Positions 1 through 12,914 of a DNA stretch of 64,000 nt are shown here, piece after piece; position 1 is the first letter of the stretch, and each line of letters begins with the position of its first letter. This DNA comes from Mobula hypostoma (lineage: Eukaryota). The notes under the pieces are model-generated. The model was not told the DNA's origin. It was given only the letters and a program-made list of their open reading frames with translations, and searched no databases. The stretch covers positions 151,902,001 through 151,966,000 of the forward strand of contig NC_086097.1 of the NCBI RefSeq assembly GCF_963921235.1, read 5' to 3'. The position numbers and the translations under genes are program-made.

Positions 1-135
1 GATAGTATCTGGAGGAATTGATGTGAATGCGGAGCGAGTAAAATGGGATTAGCACCGAACCAAATAGGTGTTTGATGGTCAGTGCGTTTTCAATGGGCTG
101 AAGGGTCTTTTTCTGTGCTGCATTACCCCATGACT
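1..135 (+). mobile_element. 3' part of HE1-type (V-)SINE with CR1-derived tail, decayed
   Basis: Ends in GGGCTGAAGGGTCTTTTTCTGTGCTG..ATGACT, the same tail seen on the SINEs at 7030-7362 and on CR1 3' ends in this window. Confidence 0.55.
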
Positions 136-462
136 TCGAGATCTTGTAACATTCTGCTGACCTGTAATCACACTTTAGGCTTGTTAATGTTACTTTAGGC
201 ATTTAACATCTTACTTGCTTTACTGATTATTATGCTGTGGCTGTTGGATATTTTTCACATCATGCACAGTTATGGTCTATGGTTGCCTTAGCTGTGTCAG
301 CACCAATTGTGATCACTTTATGTGCTTTTATTTTCTACATTCCTATTTCTATAAACTTAAAAAAGGAGGCAATGCAGACAGAATTTTTTAATCCTTCAAT
401 TCTTCCACCCAACCATCATTTTCTTTTTCTCCTTATTCCACCCAACATTCCCTGGATGAAAG

Positions 463-510
463 ACAACCACATAGTCTGGATTTGGATCTCTGCCACCGCT
501 GATGCAATGG
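463..510 (+). CDS. Candidate 48-nt symmetric (phase 1) cassette exon of an unidentified host gene, xNHIVWIWISATADAM
   Basis: About 80 nt of AG-free pyrimidine-rich sequence (382-460), then AG at 461-462. Donor TGG|GTACGC at 510/511. Length is divisible by 3 and only one frame is open. Gene not recognised. Confidence 0.3.
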
Positions 511-1359
511 GTACGCGAGCAGTCTGTCAGTGACTCATTTTCTCTCTCACAGTATAGGAAGAAGTGCTTGGCAGGGATGAAATCAATGTCTTGTGGTGGA
601 GTGAATTTGTTAGATTGAGCCTGGAGCTTCATGGTGGAATGTACTTGTGCCAGCATACCTCCTCCTGATAGTTCGCACAATAAATGCAGCCATCTGGCTT
701 GCAAATTCAATGTGGTTGAGCTACAGTGTGAGCTCTGCTCTACAGTAACTGAAAAAAATCCTGTCCTAGGGTAATATACTTTTTCTTAAAATGGAAAAAA
801 ATAGGAAGATAAAGGATTCTGATTCTTCTCCTTAACTAACATTCTACTAATGAAATTGCTTGAAACAGTGACATTCAATTTTGTATTACTTCAGTTTTAT
901 TACGTGATCTCTCCAACTGATTCAAAGGCTTCAGTGGCAGATGATTGCTGTCAACATGCCCTCACTCCCTATGATCTAGACGATGTCTTTAACGGTAATT
1001 TTCTAAGAATGTAAAATTCTCAGTAAGTCATTAATTTCTGAAGAAGCCAGACAGACATACTCAATTTCTTATTGAGTCAGGGATTTTATCCTTTTACACA
1101 GCCAACTTTAATCTTTTTCATTGTAACCATCAGTAAATATTTGGTTTCTAGTTGTGATGGATGCAAAGTGTCTGATTTGTTAGATGAAAGTTCCAAGCTT
1201 TTATTTCCAATGTGCAGCTGTTTAATTATACGCAAGACAAGACAGTCTAATTTTCACAGAAATTAAGTTGCATTTAAAATCAAATGATTTTTTTGCAATG
1301 AAAGATTAACTCATTTCTTTTACTAGAACTGCAGATTCTGATTGTGTTTAAAGTGATGA

Positions 1360-1610
1360 CAGAAGTAACCTGTTTCCACTAGTTGGGAAATCAGAAATGA
1401 GATGAAATGTAGGCTTTAGAAGAGGGCACAGGAAAATTCTTCACTGCAGGGAGGTGTGAATGTTGGCAGATATTTGAGGTTAAATAAATCGCTTGAACTC
1501 CTTTGCCATCACCAATGTTGGAACATAGCATATGAATGCAAATATAATCATTTACTTACTTGGATGAATAGCTCAGAGGCAGACTGAATGATTTATTTCT
1601 ATGTTGTATC
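1360..1610 (+). mobile_element. Old CR1 3' end remnant
   Basis: Degenerate FPLVG..S / NFFT.R.V coding remnant followed by a CR1-like 3'UTR. Confidence 0.4.
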
Positions 1611-1659
1611 TTCTCTTTGCTTCTGTGTGCTTATAATTTGTCGATGTTATGTACAGTAC

Positions 1660-2480
1660 AGTAGCATGGCATCATTCATTGAAGCTTGTGGAAGGAGAGG
1701 CCTTACAGTCAGCATCTTTGTGATAAAGGTTCTTCACTAAACTGCCCCTTTTGCACAATACATTCCTCTGATAACAAACGTTCTTGGAGAGATCCCAGAA
1801 AATTGGACAACTTCCCATATTCTATATACAACAGAAACAGATCTTGGGCATAAGGAAACATCAATGACAAAACTCACTATCCTTTTCAATACATCAGCAG
1901 ATCCTTTGGTCAATGGAGGTAAAAGATATATTTCAAGTCGGGACTGTAGATTTGGCATAAAATTTCTGATTAACTGTGCAACAGTGAGTGTGCCCTCCCG
2001 CAAGTTTCCCATTTCAGGGCTATCTGTAGCACGTATTTCAAGGCACTAGAAAGATAATGACAAGCCGTCTTCGCAAAATTCACCATATTCATTGGAAAGA
2101 TTTGCAAAAGACAAGTCAGTGTCCCCTCCCGGCAAACATGCCTAGTAACTGGGCCCTATTTGTATACAGTCAGTTATACTGACCAGACTTGACATCAGAC
2201 TTCTGGAACATACATTCTATTCCAACACAGGACAAGGTTACAGATTCAGGCTTGTACTCAATGATTTATTGAAGAATTACAACACCTCGTCAGACTCCTG
2301 GTATTTCTCAAAGTGAAGTTGGAACACTGGGGTGCCATTGGGAACTTTGAGTTCATGCATCAGGAGAACATAAAAGTCCTTCATAAGTGGCAGAAGGAAT
2401 AAACCAACTTCAAAAACTTTCCAAACACCATTAAGCAAGTGATCCATGGATCCCAGGCTGGGAGCCCTTAGATTACAGAG
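1660..2480 (+). mobile_element. Ancient RTE-clade LINE, 3' part of ORF (RT thumb to C-terminus), multiply frameshifted
   Basis: Plus-strand frames give, in order, FIEACGRRGLTVSI..KVL, LDNFPY, INDKTHY..SFGQWR, RDCRFGIK, RLRKIHHIHWKD, DIRLLEHTFYS, NDLLK..SDSW. This is the expected order of RTE C-terminal motifs (GL.lN..KTKV; FpYLG; I..R..AFG.L; CLRkIl.I.W.D; R.PK..FY; W). Confidence 0.7.
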
Positions 2481-3183
2481 ACCTTGGTTACACGATTGCC
2501 ACAATGATATCCCTCTCCGTCTACCACTTGTATTATAAGCCAAGTTGGCAACGCTCATAAACGTCATAGGAGACAGTTCACCAATGACCTGATGAAACAC
2601 ACCTTCTCTGGTGGCTAAAAGGTCCTAATCTTAAGAATAAAATCGATCTGGCTATAATTATACCTTGAAAGTTTTGCATTTTCCCCTGGGTTGATAAATC
2701 AGGATTTCAGTCTAACATCTCACTTCTTATTTCTCATTGACTATCTGTGACAGTTTGATTACATTCTTGATGTAATTTCAGTATGTTGCAATAATGCATG
2801 GAGCTACACTTCAAATAGACAATTTTAATGTTCTACACAGTAACAATGGCATTACACTTCATGTGGAAAATATGGCTACTATGGGGTTGTAATTAAGTGA
2901 GAAAATACAATTCACAAGACTTCTCATACTGACCTTCCCTTTCCTTTGATTGCACCTCACTGATTTTATTTGTTTGTCAAAACCACCTATGAACAACTCT
3001 ATTGTCACTGATGAATGACCTTGAATTATAGGGTCTTGAATTCACTTACAGTTGCATGTAACAATTCATCACCAGATGTCTTCTCTTGCATCCAATATCC
3101 TTTCTTTATACAAATAACCTGCTTTGCTCTGGCAAATGAAAAATATTAATGATTACAAAAAGAAAAATAAATTATATTCTATA

Positions 3184-3430
3184 GGGTAGCACTGTGGTGC
3201 ATCTTGTATTGCTGCTTCTTCACAGTTTAGTGATTGGGTTCAATACCAAACTCCCGTGCTGTCTGGAAGGAATTTCACATGTTCTTACAAACACATGTAG
3301 GTTTCATAGGTCAATTAGCCACTGTGTGTAGTTAAGTGGAGATTCTGGGGGAGCTGCTGAGAGTGTGGAGATAATAAAATGGGATTAATGCAAATAGATG
3401 CCTCTGTCAGTATGGACTTTGTGAGTATGC
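3184..3430 (+). mobile_element. HE1-type V-SINE, decayed
   Basis: tRNA-like head (GCACTGTGGTGCA.. / GGGTTCAATACC), V-domain remnant GTGCTGTCTG..GGAATTTCACATGTTCT, CR1-like tail. Confidence 0.6.
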
Positions 3431-4284
3431 TGTAAAATTTATGGTTAATATAGATTCACAATTATCTATATTTTGAAGTGTTATTAAATCTATTTCATTT
3501 CAACAATGATTGGATTGTGTAGTATTTCAAAAACTTTGGAAATTAATCCAGATTGTTTAGATCCCTGTTTGGGGATCTTGGGAGTATCAGAGTCACATGA
3601 ATTGTCAACTACCATACGAGTTTAGTGAAGAAAATAAATGGTTCAGCTTTGCACTTTAGGATGGGTACTTGGTTTTGGATGAGCTACGGTGAAGATTGAT
3701 GACAGTTCCAGGGCTTAAATGTGAAGTCACCAATACCATTTACCTGCATTCTATAAATACTAGATGCATGAGCAACATTAGAATAAATACATCAAAATTG
3801 CAAACCATGACACTGTGAGAGTGATGCTATAGAGGAATATAGGATGCATCAGGTTAAAATTAGACCAATGCCTATTGGCTTCTCAGGCAAGATCTGTCTT
3901 TAGTGAGTCCATCTCCTCAATCTACAGCAATGCTCATGTCAGTCACTCGAGAATAAATGTTAATTTTAAAGGTAGTTCCCTAAAAACAGGAGTTCTGGGA
4001 AATAAACTAGCTTTGACATTGCATTCTGGTAGCTCTTTCTACGAATCATTTACATTACGATGTCCTGCCAATCAGCAATTTCCAATGCATTTAATTAAGT
4101 ATAATATTCTGCAACAAACATCACCGTTCTCCTTTGTGTTCTGATTCCTGGAAGGGGATTGACTTTGTTAGATAACAGGTAAAAATGCTACTGTACACAG
4201 CACTGTCCATTACATCTTTGGGCTGTTGTTTTCTATTACTAAACAAATCAATCAACACAAAGTTAATTTTCAGAAATGATAAAA

Positions 4285-4760
4285 GAAAACAGATATGCTC
4301 AGAACATTCAATAGATCAGACAGCAGCAATGGACAGAGAAACAATTAACATTCTGGGTCATGACTTTTCATGGGGAATATGAAAAGTTAGAAATCAAGTA
4401 TGTTTTTAATCTTCAGAGAGAGGGGAAAAGGTGGACAAAACAAAGAGAATGCCTGTGGAGATCAAGAAAGTATGATTGACACAAAAGGTTTGTTGGTTTG
4501 TGGGAATGAGTAATAAAGGTTTGTTAGCTGCAAATGATCTGTCTGGAGGACAGAAAATTGATAGAAGATACATGAGAAACGATGCTCGAGTGGGAGAGAA
4601 AAACTATGCTGGAATTGTGAGATGTAAACCATCTCATCATTGATGGTAACCGAAAATTTGATGTAAAAGCGAATGTGGGAAATACTCAACAAATTAGACA
4701 AGGGCTATAGGGGGAGAAAGACAGACTTGATAGTACAGGCTGATGATCATTCATTAGAAC
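4285..4760 (-). mobile_element. Penelope pLTR-derived remnants
   Basis: Two degenerate reverse-complement copies of the pLTR sequence seen intact at 45633-45737. Confidence 0.4.
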
Positions 4761-6145
4761 TGGCCCGTTGGCTGAATTGTACACATGTAGACATTTGATT
4801 TTGCCAAGAGCCTGCTGATACTCCACACTCAGTTAAGGGATCACATAGGAATTGGCACTTGGTCAAGGTGCTGGAGGGAAACCATTACCCAGGGATTTGT
4901 ATTCAATGCCATTCAGAATAGTCGGCAAGAATGTCATAATGGGACAAATTAAAAGAAAACATATTTGATTGAGGACATGGCATAGATTCACAGGGAAGGA
5001 GCTTGGAGTGGGACTAATTAAATGGCCTGTTCAGACGCAGCATAATTATGCAGGGAAAAAATCACTTCCTTTTATATTGTATATTTCCAAGATTCCTGGT
5101 TCCAAAAATCTTAACGCCAAGTCTGAGTGGTGACTTGTTTCCAACTTAAAACAACATCACAATTATTTTTTTCCCAAAGATGTGGCCTTCATTGTCCTCC
5201 CTTCTAGGGAGTTAAGGTGACTTTGTAAATTTAACTGCTATTCTGCTCCATTAATTACCAATTAACAACATGGTCAGGTACTAAAACCATGGTCATAACT
5301 GATCAATTTTCGAGTCAACATTATTTTATTCTGGAGGTCATTTCAAAGACTTTCTAGATCAAGCTTTACTTGTCCATCTTCCAGACAACACTTTTGATAT
5401 TTATTGTAGTCTATCAAGGATAGCTCAGTCAGTAGAGATAAAACCTTCAAGCAATTTGAAACAAGGTCCTCTGTGATGGATGCAGCCCTTTAGTGGATTC
5501 TGTCATATGTTTATACCATAATTAAACAGGAAGATATATACCTCCAGGAGAAAAAATTTCCAATATGTGTTCCAAGCTGTTATATTGCCTTGAAATGAAA
5601 TTGTTACATGACTAGCCAGACTTAGTTTTTGACAGAGACTGCTATGAAACAAGAACTAGTTATCTACTTATTTATTGTTAAGAACTTTGACAATACTTCC
5701 CCTATTTTTATTTCTCCCCCCTCATCCTGATGGTGTGGAGTAATCTGGAATACAGTGTCACATTTCCTGGAGTACAACAGTGAATGGCCATTCTTCAATC
5801 AGACTGTGAAAAGTTAGGAGGAATTTCTGTTGTACAGTACTTTGATACACCGAGACAGAAACCATTGCCATAAAACTAATTCCCTCACATGTTGCAAACT
5901 TCAAGATATGAACCCATGTTGGAAGCCATTATCCAGAAGGTCAAGCCTTAATCTGACTGACAATACTAGAAGTTCTGATGGATGATGTGCTAGTTCCAGG
6001 GGTTTACCTGCTGCCTGGATTTATCTGAAAGCTTGTCCAATTCTAGAGAATTTAGCCTGTTTAAGTCTAATTCCATCTTTGCCAAACACCCATATGCATG
6101 TAGGTTTAAAAATCTGCAGTTAAAATTAAAAATTGCACTTGTTGG

Positions 6146-6415
6146 CAACAAGAGACTCTGCAGACACTGGAGGTCTTGAACAGCACATGCATACATTCTA
6201 GAGGAACTCAGCACATCAGGCAACATCTATGGAGAACCTTAGCCCAAACATCAATTGTTAATTTCTCTCCTTAGATGTTGCCCGACTTGCTGAGATCCCC
6301 CAACATTTTCTGTTGCAGATGTTGAAACTCCAACAAAAACAGAAAATACTGGAAAAACTCAGCAGATCAGACAGCATGTGTGGAAAGACAAATGGAGTTA
6401 ATGATTCATGACCCC
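6146..6415. mobile_element. Cluster of Penelope pLTR fragments in inverted arrangement
   Basis: GAGGAACTCAGCA..CAGGCAACATCTATGGAG faces TAGATGTTGCCCGACTTGCTGAGATCCCCCAACATTTT. Homologous to 45640-45737. Confidence 0.6.
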
Positions 6416-7029
6416 ATGTCATGGAGGTTTCATTCTATCAGGGTGACCTTATAGTCTGTGTATCATGCTGACCTATGATCTAGTACCAACTACCTCCAGT
6501 CTTTGTTGCATGATCCCAGATTGAGGCTTGCCTCGTGCCCCCATGAAAATCCTTTCCTCAAATTGCAGCTCTTCGAACTGCTTAAACCTTAATCATGACA
6601 TGATTGTCATTGTTGTTTGGATTAGTTTCCTCAAAGCCTTTATTTGCTTTGTAGATGGCAATAGTATGAATATACACTGAGTGGGAGTCTTCCCTGCTGT
6701 GGTAGCTTACAGAAAATTGGTGTGAAATCCAAAATACTGGCTATGAATTTTATGGAAAACATGACTTCCTCCTCAAAGTACAGTCATGTAAAATGTTACT
6801 TCGAGGGGCACTCCATTCTTTGGATTCAAGGAATACACCATTCAGTTCCTGAAATTTACCTTCCAATTAAATAATGTCTGAGCCATACTCAGCTTCAATT
6901 ATCAATCCTTATTTGAAACCTTCTATTACTTTTAATCAATGAAAATCTATCCGTTTCGAAATTTCAATGGATGGGATGGTGGAGGATATGGTGAAGTGAG
7001 GAGAGACTGAATTCACTATTTCCACCAGG

Positions 7030-7362
7030 CATGGCAGGGTGACACAGCTGGAGAAGCTGCTTCTTAAAGGGCCAGTGATGGAGGCTGAATTCTGATCCTG
7101 GGTGCTGTCTGTGTGGAGTGTACATTCACCTAGTGGATTCTCTCTGGATGCTCCATCTTTCTCCTACATCCAAAAATGTACAGGCTGGTTGGTTAATTGC
7201 TGCTGGTGTGTAGCTCAGTGGGAGAATCTGAAGAGATGATAATGGGATAGTTAATAGAATAAAATAGGTTAGTGCAGGATTAGTGTAAAATGTTTGCTCG
7301 ATGATCAGCACAGTCTCGGTGGGCCAAAGGTCCTGTGTTAATGCTGTCTCTCTCTATGACTA
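7030..7362 (+). mobile_element. HE1-type V-SINE
   Basis: Head, V-core GGTGCTGTCTGTGTGGAGTG..GGATGCTCCATCTTTCTCCTACATCCAAA, tail GGGCCAAAGGTCCTGTG..CTATGACT. Confidence 0.7.
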
Positions 7363-7897
7363 AATAAGACTTCGAGAGAAAATCTGCATCCTGAAAATAC
7401 CCCTGAACTGTGTAAAAGCCTTAGCCATGGTTCTGGATATACCGGCAGAGAAAAATAGAGTCATAGAAAAGTAGGCACTATTTGCATTGGGAGATCATTC
7501 CACACTCATGACCCTCTGAGTAAAGATGTGTCATCTCATGTTTCCTTTTAACTTCTCACCTTTCACCCTTAACCCAAAACCTTCAGTGGCAGTCCCACCC
7601 AACTTCAGTGAAAAAAGCCTGCTTGCATTTACCCTATCTATAGCCCTCATAATTTTGTATACCTCTATCTCATCTCCCCTCAATTTTCTACATTCCAAAG
7701 AATGAAGTCCAAACCTATTCAATCTTCCGTTATAACTCATATCCCCCAATCCCAGGAAAATCCTTGCAAATTTTCCTCGTACTCTTTCACCCCTACTTGC
7801 ACCATTCCTGTTGGTAATTGTCCAAAATTAGGCCTCATCAATATCATATACAACTTCAACACAATACCCATCTCCTGTACTCAGTACTTTGATTTAT

Positions 7898-9210
7898 AGA
7901 AAATAGACAATAGGTGCAGGAGTAGGCCATTCGGCCCTTCGAGCCAGCGCCGCCATTCACTGTGATCATGGCTGATCATCCACAATCAGTATCCAGTTCC
8001 TGCATTATCCCCATAACCTTTGATTCTGCTATCTTTAAGAGCTCTATCCATCTCTTTCTTGAAAGCATCCAGAGACTTGGCCTCCACAGTCTTCTGGGGC
8101 AGAGCATTCCATACATCCACCACTCTCGGGGTGAAAAAGTTTTTCCTCAACTCCGTTCTAAATGGCCTACCCCTTATTCTTAAACTGTGGCCTCTGGTTC
8201 TGGACTCACCCATCAGCGGGAACATGCTTCCTGCCTCCAGCGTGTCCAATCCCTTAATAATCTTATATGTTTCAATAAGATCCCCTCTCAGCCTTCTAAA
8301 TTCCAGAGTATATAAGCCCAGTCGCTCCAATCTTTCGACATATGACAGTCCCGCCATCCCAGGAATTAACGTTGTGAACCTACGCTGCACTCCCTCAATA
8401 GCAAGAATGTCCTTCCTCAAATTTGGAGACCAAAACTGCACACAGTACTCCAGGTGTGGTCTCACCAGGGCCCTGTACAGCTGCAGAAGGACCTCTTTGC
8501 TCTTATACTCAATTCCCCTTGTTATGAAGGCCAGAATGCCATTAGCTTTCTTCACTGCCTGCTGTACTTTCATGCTTGCTTTCAGTGACTGATGTACAAG
8601 AACACCTAGATCTTGTTGTACTTCCTCTTTTCCTAACTTGACTCCATTTAGATAATAATCTGCCTTCCTGTTCTTACCACCAAAGTGAATAACCTCACAT
8701 TTACCCACATTAAACTGCATCTGCCATGCATCTGCCCACTCACCCACCCTGTCCAAGTCACCCTGCCCAAGTCACCCTGCATTCTCATAACATCCTCCTT
8801 ATATTTCACACTGCCACCCAGCTTTGTGTCATCGGCAAATTTGCTAATGTTACTTTTAATTCTGTCATCTAAATCATTAATATACATTGTAAACAGCTGC
8901 GGTCCCAGCACTGAACCCTGTGGTACCCCACTGGTCACCGCCTGCCATTCTGAAAGGGACCCGTTAATCGCTACTCTTTGTTTTCTGTCAGCCAGCCAAT
9001 TTTCAATCCATGTCAGTACTCTGCACCCAATACCATGTGCCCTAATTTTGCCCACTAACCTTCTATGTGGGACTTTATCAAAGGCTTTCTGAAAGTCCAG
9101 GTACACTACATCCACTGGCTCTCCCTTGTCCATTTTCATAGTTACAGCCTCCAAAAATTCCAGAAGATTAGTCAAGCGCGATTTCCCCTTCGAAAATCCA
9201 TGCTGACTCG
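7898..9210 (-). mobile_element. Young 5'-truncated CR1 'C' inserted in CR1 A
   Basis: RT motifs YLDFQKAFDKV, GVPQGSVLGP, ISKFADDTKLGG, LVRPHLEYC. TSD ATTTAT at 7892-7897 and 9219-9224. A 14-bp tandem duplication CCAAGTCACCCTGC (8753-8780) causes the frameshift. Confidence 0.95.
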
Positions 9211-12200
9211 GAAGGCCAATTTATGAAGGCCAATGTGCCAAAATCTTTCTTTACAACCTTATCTACCTGTGGCACTACTCTCAAATAGTTATGGACCTGT
9301 ATCCCCAGATCCCAGTTGTTCTACCACACTCCTGGTGCCCTACTGTTCACCTCGTAAGACCTACCCTGGTTGGTCCTACAGTAGTGCAAAATCTCACACT
9401 TGTCCGCATTAAATTCCATCTGCCATTTTTCAGCTTTGATAGACTTCCTCACTGTTCACTGCACCTCTAATCTTGGTGTCATCTGTAAATTTGCTGATCC
9501 TGTTAATCACAATATTATGATTATTGATATAGATAACAAACAAAAACAGACCCAGCACCAAATCCTACAGCATTCCACTGATCATCGGTAAACACCTACT
9601 ACTACTCTTTGGCTTCTCCTACAAAGCCAATGTCGAATCCAATTTATTACCTCATCTTGAATGCATATGACTGAAACTTCTTCACAAATATTCCATGAGG
9701 GACTTTGTCAGATGCCTTACTAAAGTACATGCAGACAGCATCCACTGCCTTGCCTTTATCAGCTTACTTGTTAACTTCCTCAAAAAACTGATTAGTTGTG
9801 ACCTACCATACACAAACCCATGCAGAGTACCCATAGTCAGTCCTTGTCCACCAAATACTCACATCAGGTCCGTTAGAATACATTCCAAAAACTTTCCCAC
9901 TACTGATGTCAGGCTCATTGGCCGATAATTTCTTGTTTTATTTTCAGAGCCTTTCTTAAACAATAGCTGTCCTCCAATCCTCTGGTACCTCACCTGTTGC
10001 TAAGGATGATTTAAACATCTCTGCTGAGGCCCCTGCAATTTCTGCACTTTCCTCCCATAGGTTCTGAGGGAACGCATTATCAGGCCCTGGGGATTTATTT
10101 ACCCTAATTTGCCTCAAGACAGCAAACACCTGCTCATCTAATCTGTATAGAGTTCATGAGTTTGCCTCACTTCTATAGATTCTGTGACCATCTCCTGAGT
10201 AAATACAAATGAGCAAAAAATCATTTTAAGATCTTTCCCATATTTTTTGGCTCCATGCATAGATTACCATTCAGATCTTCCAATTTTCTTTCTTGCAATC
10301 TTTTTTCTCCTAACATATCTATAGAATTCCTTAGGATTCCCCTTCACCTTGTCTGCTAGGGCAACTTCATACCTTCGTTTACCCTCCTATTTTCTTTTTT
10401 TTTAAGTGTTCTGTTGCATTTCTTATACTCCATAAATACTTCACTTCTTCCTACCCGCCTATACCTGCAAACCACTTCCTTTTCTTTTCTTAACTAGGGC
10501 CTCAATATCTCTTGAAAACCAAGTTTACCTAAACCTGTTACCTTTGCCTTTTATTTTGACAGGCACATACAAGTTTTGTGCTTTCAAAGCTTCAGTTTTG
10601 AAGTCCTCCCACTTTCCAAGTACATTTTTTCCAGAAGACAGCATGCCCCCAATACACAATTGCCAGATCCTTTCCGATAACATCAAAATTAGCCTCCCTC
10701 CAAGTTTGAATCACCACTTGAGGACCAAACCTATTCTTTTCAATATTTACTTTGAAATTAAAGGCTTTATTATCACTAGGTCCAAAATATTCCCCGGCAG
10801 AAACTTCTGTCACCTGTCCTGTCTCATTCCCTAAAAGCTGATAAACTATCACTCACTCTCATTGGGACTTCTAAGCACTGATTAAGGAAAACTTATCTGA
10901 ACACATAGAACACTTCTTGGCTGTGCCAAACCATTTTCTGCCTAGTCCCACTGACCTGCACACGGACCATATCCTTCCATACACTTTCTATCCATGTATC
11001 TGTCCAATTTATTCTTAAATGTTAAAAAAGAACCCGCATTTACCACCTTGTCTGGCAGCTCATTCCATACTCCCACCACTCTCTGTGTGAAGAAGCCCCC
11101 CACTAATGTTCCCTTTAAACTCCCCCCCCCACCCTTAACCCATGTCCTCTGGTTTTTTTCTCCCCTTGCCTCAGTGGAAAAAGCCTGCTTGCATTCACTC
11201 TATCAATACCCATCATAATTTTATATACCTCTATCAAATCTCCCCTCATTCTTCTACGCTCCAGGGAATAAAGTCCTAACCTATTCAACCTTTCTCTGTA
11301 ACTGAGTTTCTCAAGTCCCGGCAACATCCTTGTAAACCTTCTCTGCACTCTTTCAACCTTATTTATATCCTTCCTGTAATTTGGTGACCAAAACTGAACA
11401 CAATACTCCAGATTCAGCCTCACCAATGCCTTATACAATCTCATCATGACATTCTAGCTCTTATACTCAATACTTTGATTAATAAAGGCCAATGTACCAA
11501 AAGCTCTCTTTATGACCCTGTCTACCTGTGACGCCACTTTTAGGGAATTTTGTATCTGTATTCCCAGATCCCTCTGTTCCACTGCACTCCTCAGTGCCTT
11601 ACCATTAACCCTGTATGTTCTACCTTGGTTTGTCCTTCCAACATGCAATACCTCACACTTGTCTGTATTAAACTCCATCTGCCATTTTTCAGCCCATTTT
11701 TCCAGCTGGTCCAAGTCCCTCTGCAGGCTCTGAAAACCTTCCTCACTGTCTACTACACCTCTAATCTTCGTATCATCAGCAAATTTGCTGATCCAATTTA
11801 CCACATTATCATCTAGATCATTGATATAGATAACAAATAACAATGGACCCAGCACTGATCCCTGTGGCACACCACTAGTCACAGGCCTCCACTCGGAGAA
11901 GCAATTCTCTACTACCACTCTTTGGCTTCTTCCATTGAGCCAATGTCTAATCCAATTTACCACCTCTCCATGTATACCTAGCGACTGAATTTTCCTAACT
12001 AACCTCCCATGCAGGACCTTGTCAAAGGCCTTACTGAAGTCCATGTAGACAATATCCACTGCCTTCCCTTCATCCACTTTCCTGGTAACCTCCTCGAAAA
12101 ACTCCAATAGATTGGTCAAACATGACCTACCACGCACAAAGCCATGTTGACTCTCCCTAATAAGTCCCTGTCTATCCAAATGCTTGCAGGTTCTGTGTCT

Positions 12201-12914
12201 TAGTACTCCCTCCAATAACTTACCTACTACCAACGTTAAACTTACTGGCCTATAATTTCCCGGATTACTTTTCAATCCTTTTTTAAACAACAGAACAACG
12301 TGAGCCACTCTCCAATCTTCCGGCACCTCACCTGTAGACAGCAACATTTTAAATATTTCTGCCAGGGCCCCTGCAATTTCAACACTAGTCTCCTTCAAGG
12401 TCCGAGGGAACACCCTGTCAGGTCCCGGGGATTTATCCACTTTAATTTTCCTCAAGACAGCAACTACCTCCTCCTTTACGATCTGTACAGTTTCCATGAT
12501 CTCACTACTTGTTTCCCTTAATTCCATAGACTTCATGCCATGTAATTAGTAAATACAGATGCAAAAAACCCATTTAAGATCTCCCCCATTTCTTTTGATT
12601 CCACACATAGCCGACCACACTGATCTTCAAGAGGACCAATTTTATCCCTCACAATCCTTTTGCTCTTAATATACCTGTAAATGCTCTTTGGATTATCCTT
12701 CACTTTGACTGCCAAGACAACCTCATGTCCTCTTTTAGCCCTCCTGATTTCTTTCTTAAGTATTTTCTTGCACTTCTTATACTCCTCAAGCACCTTATTT
12801 ATTCCCTGCTTCCTATATAGAAACATAGAAACATAGAAAATAGGTGCAGGAGTAGGCCATTCGGCCCTTCGAGCCTGCACCGCCATTTATTATGATCATG
12901 GCTGATCATCCAAC

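Noticed and set aside
1737..2624. Two same-frame minus-strand ORFs that looked like a decayed viral or Schlafen/AlbA-like gene
   Set aside because: The plus strand carries ordered RTE LINE motifs across frames, so the minus ORFs are its antisense shadow.
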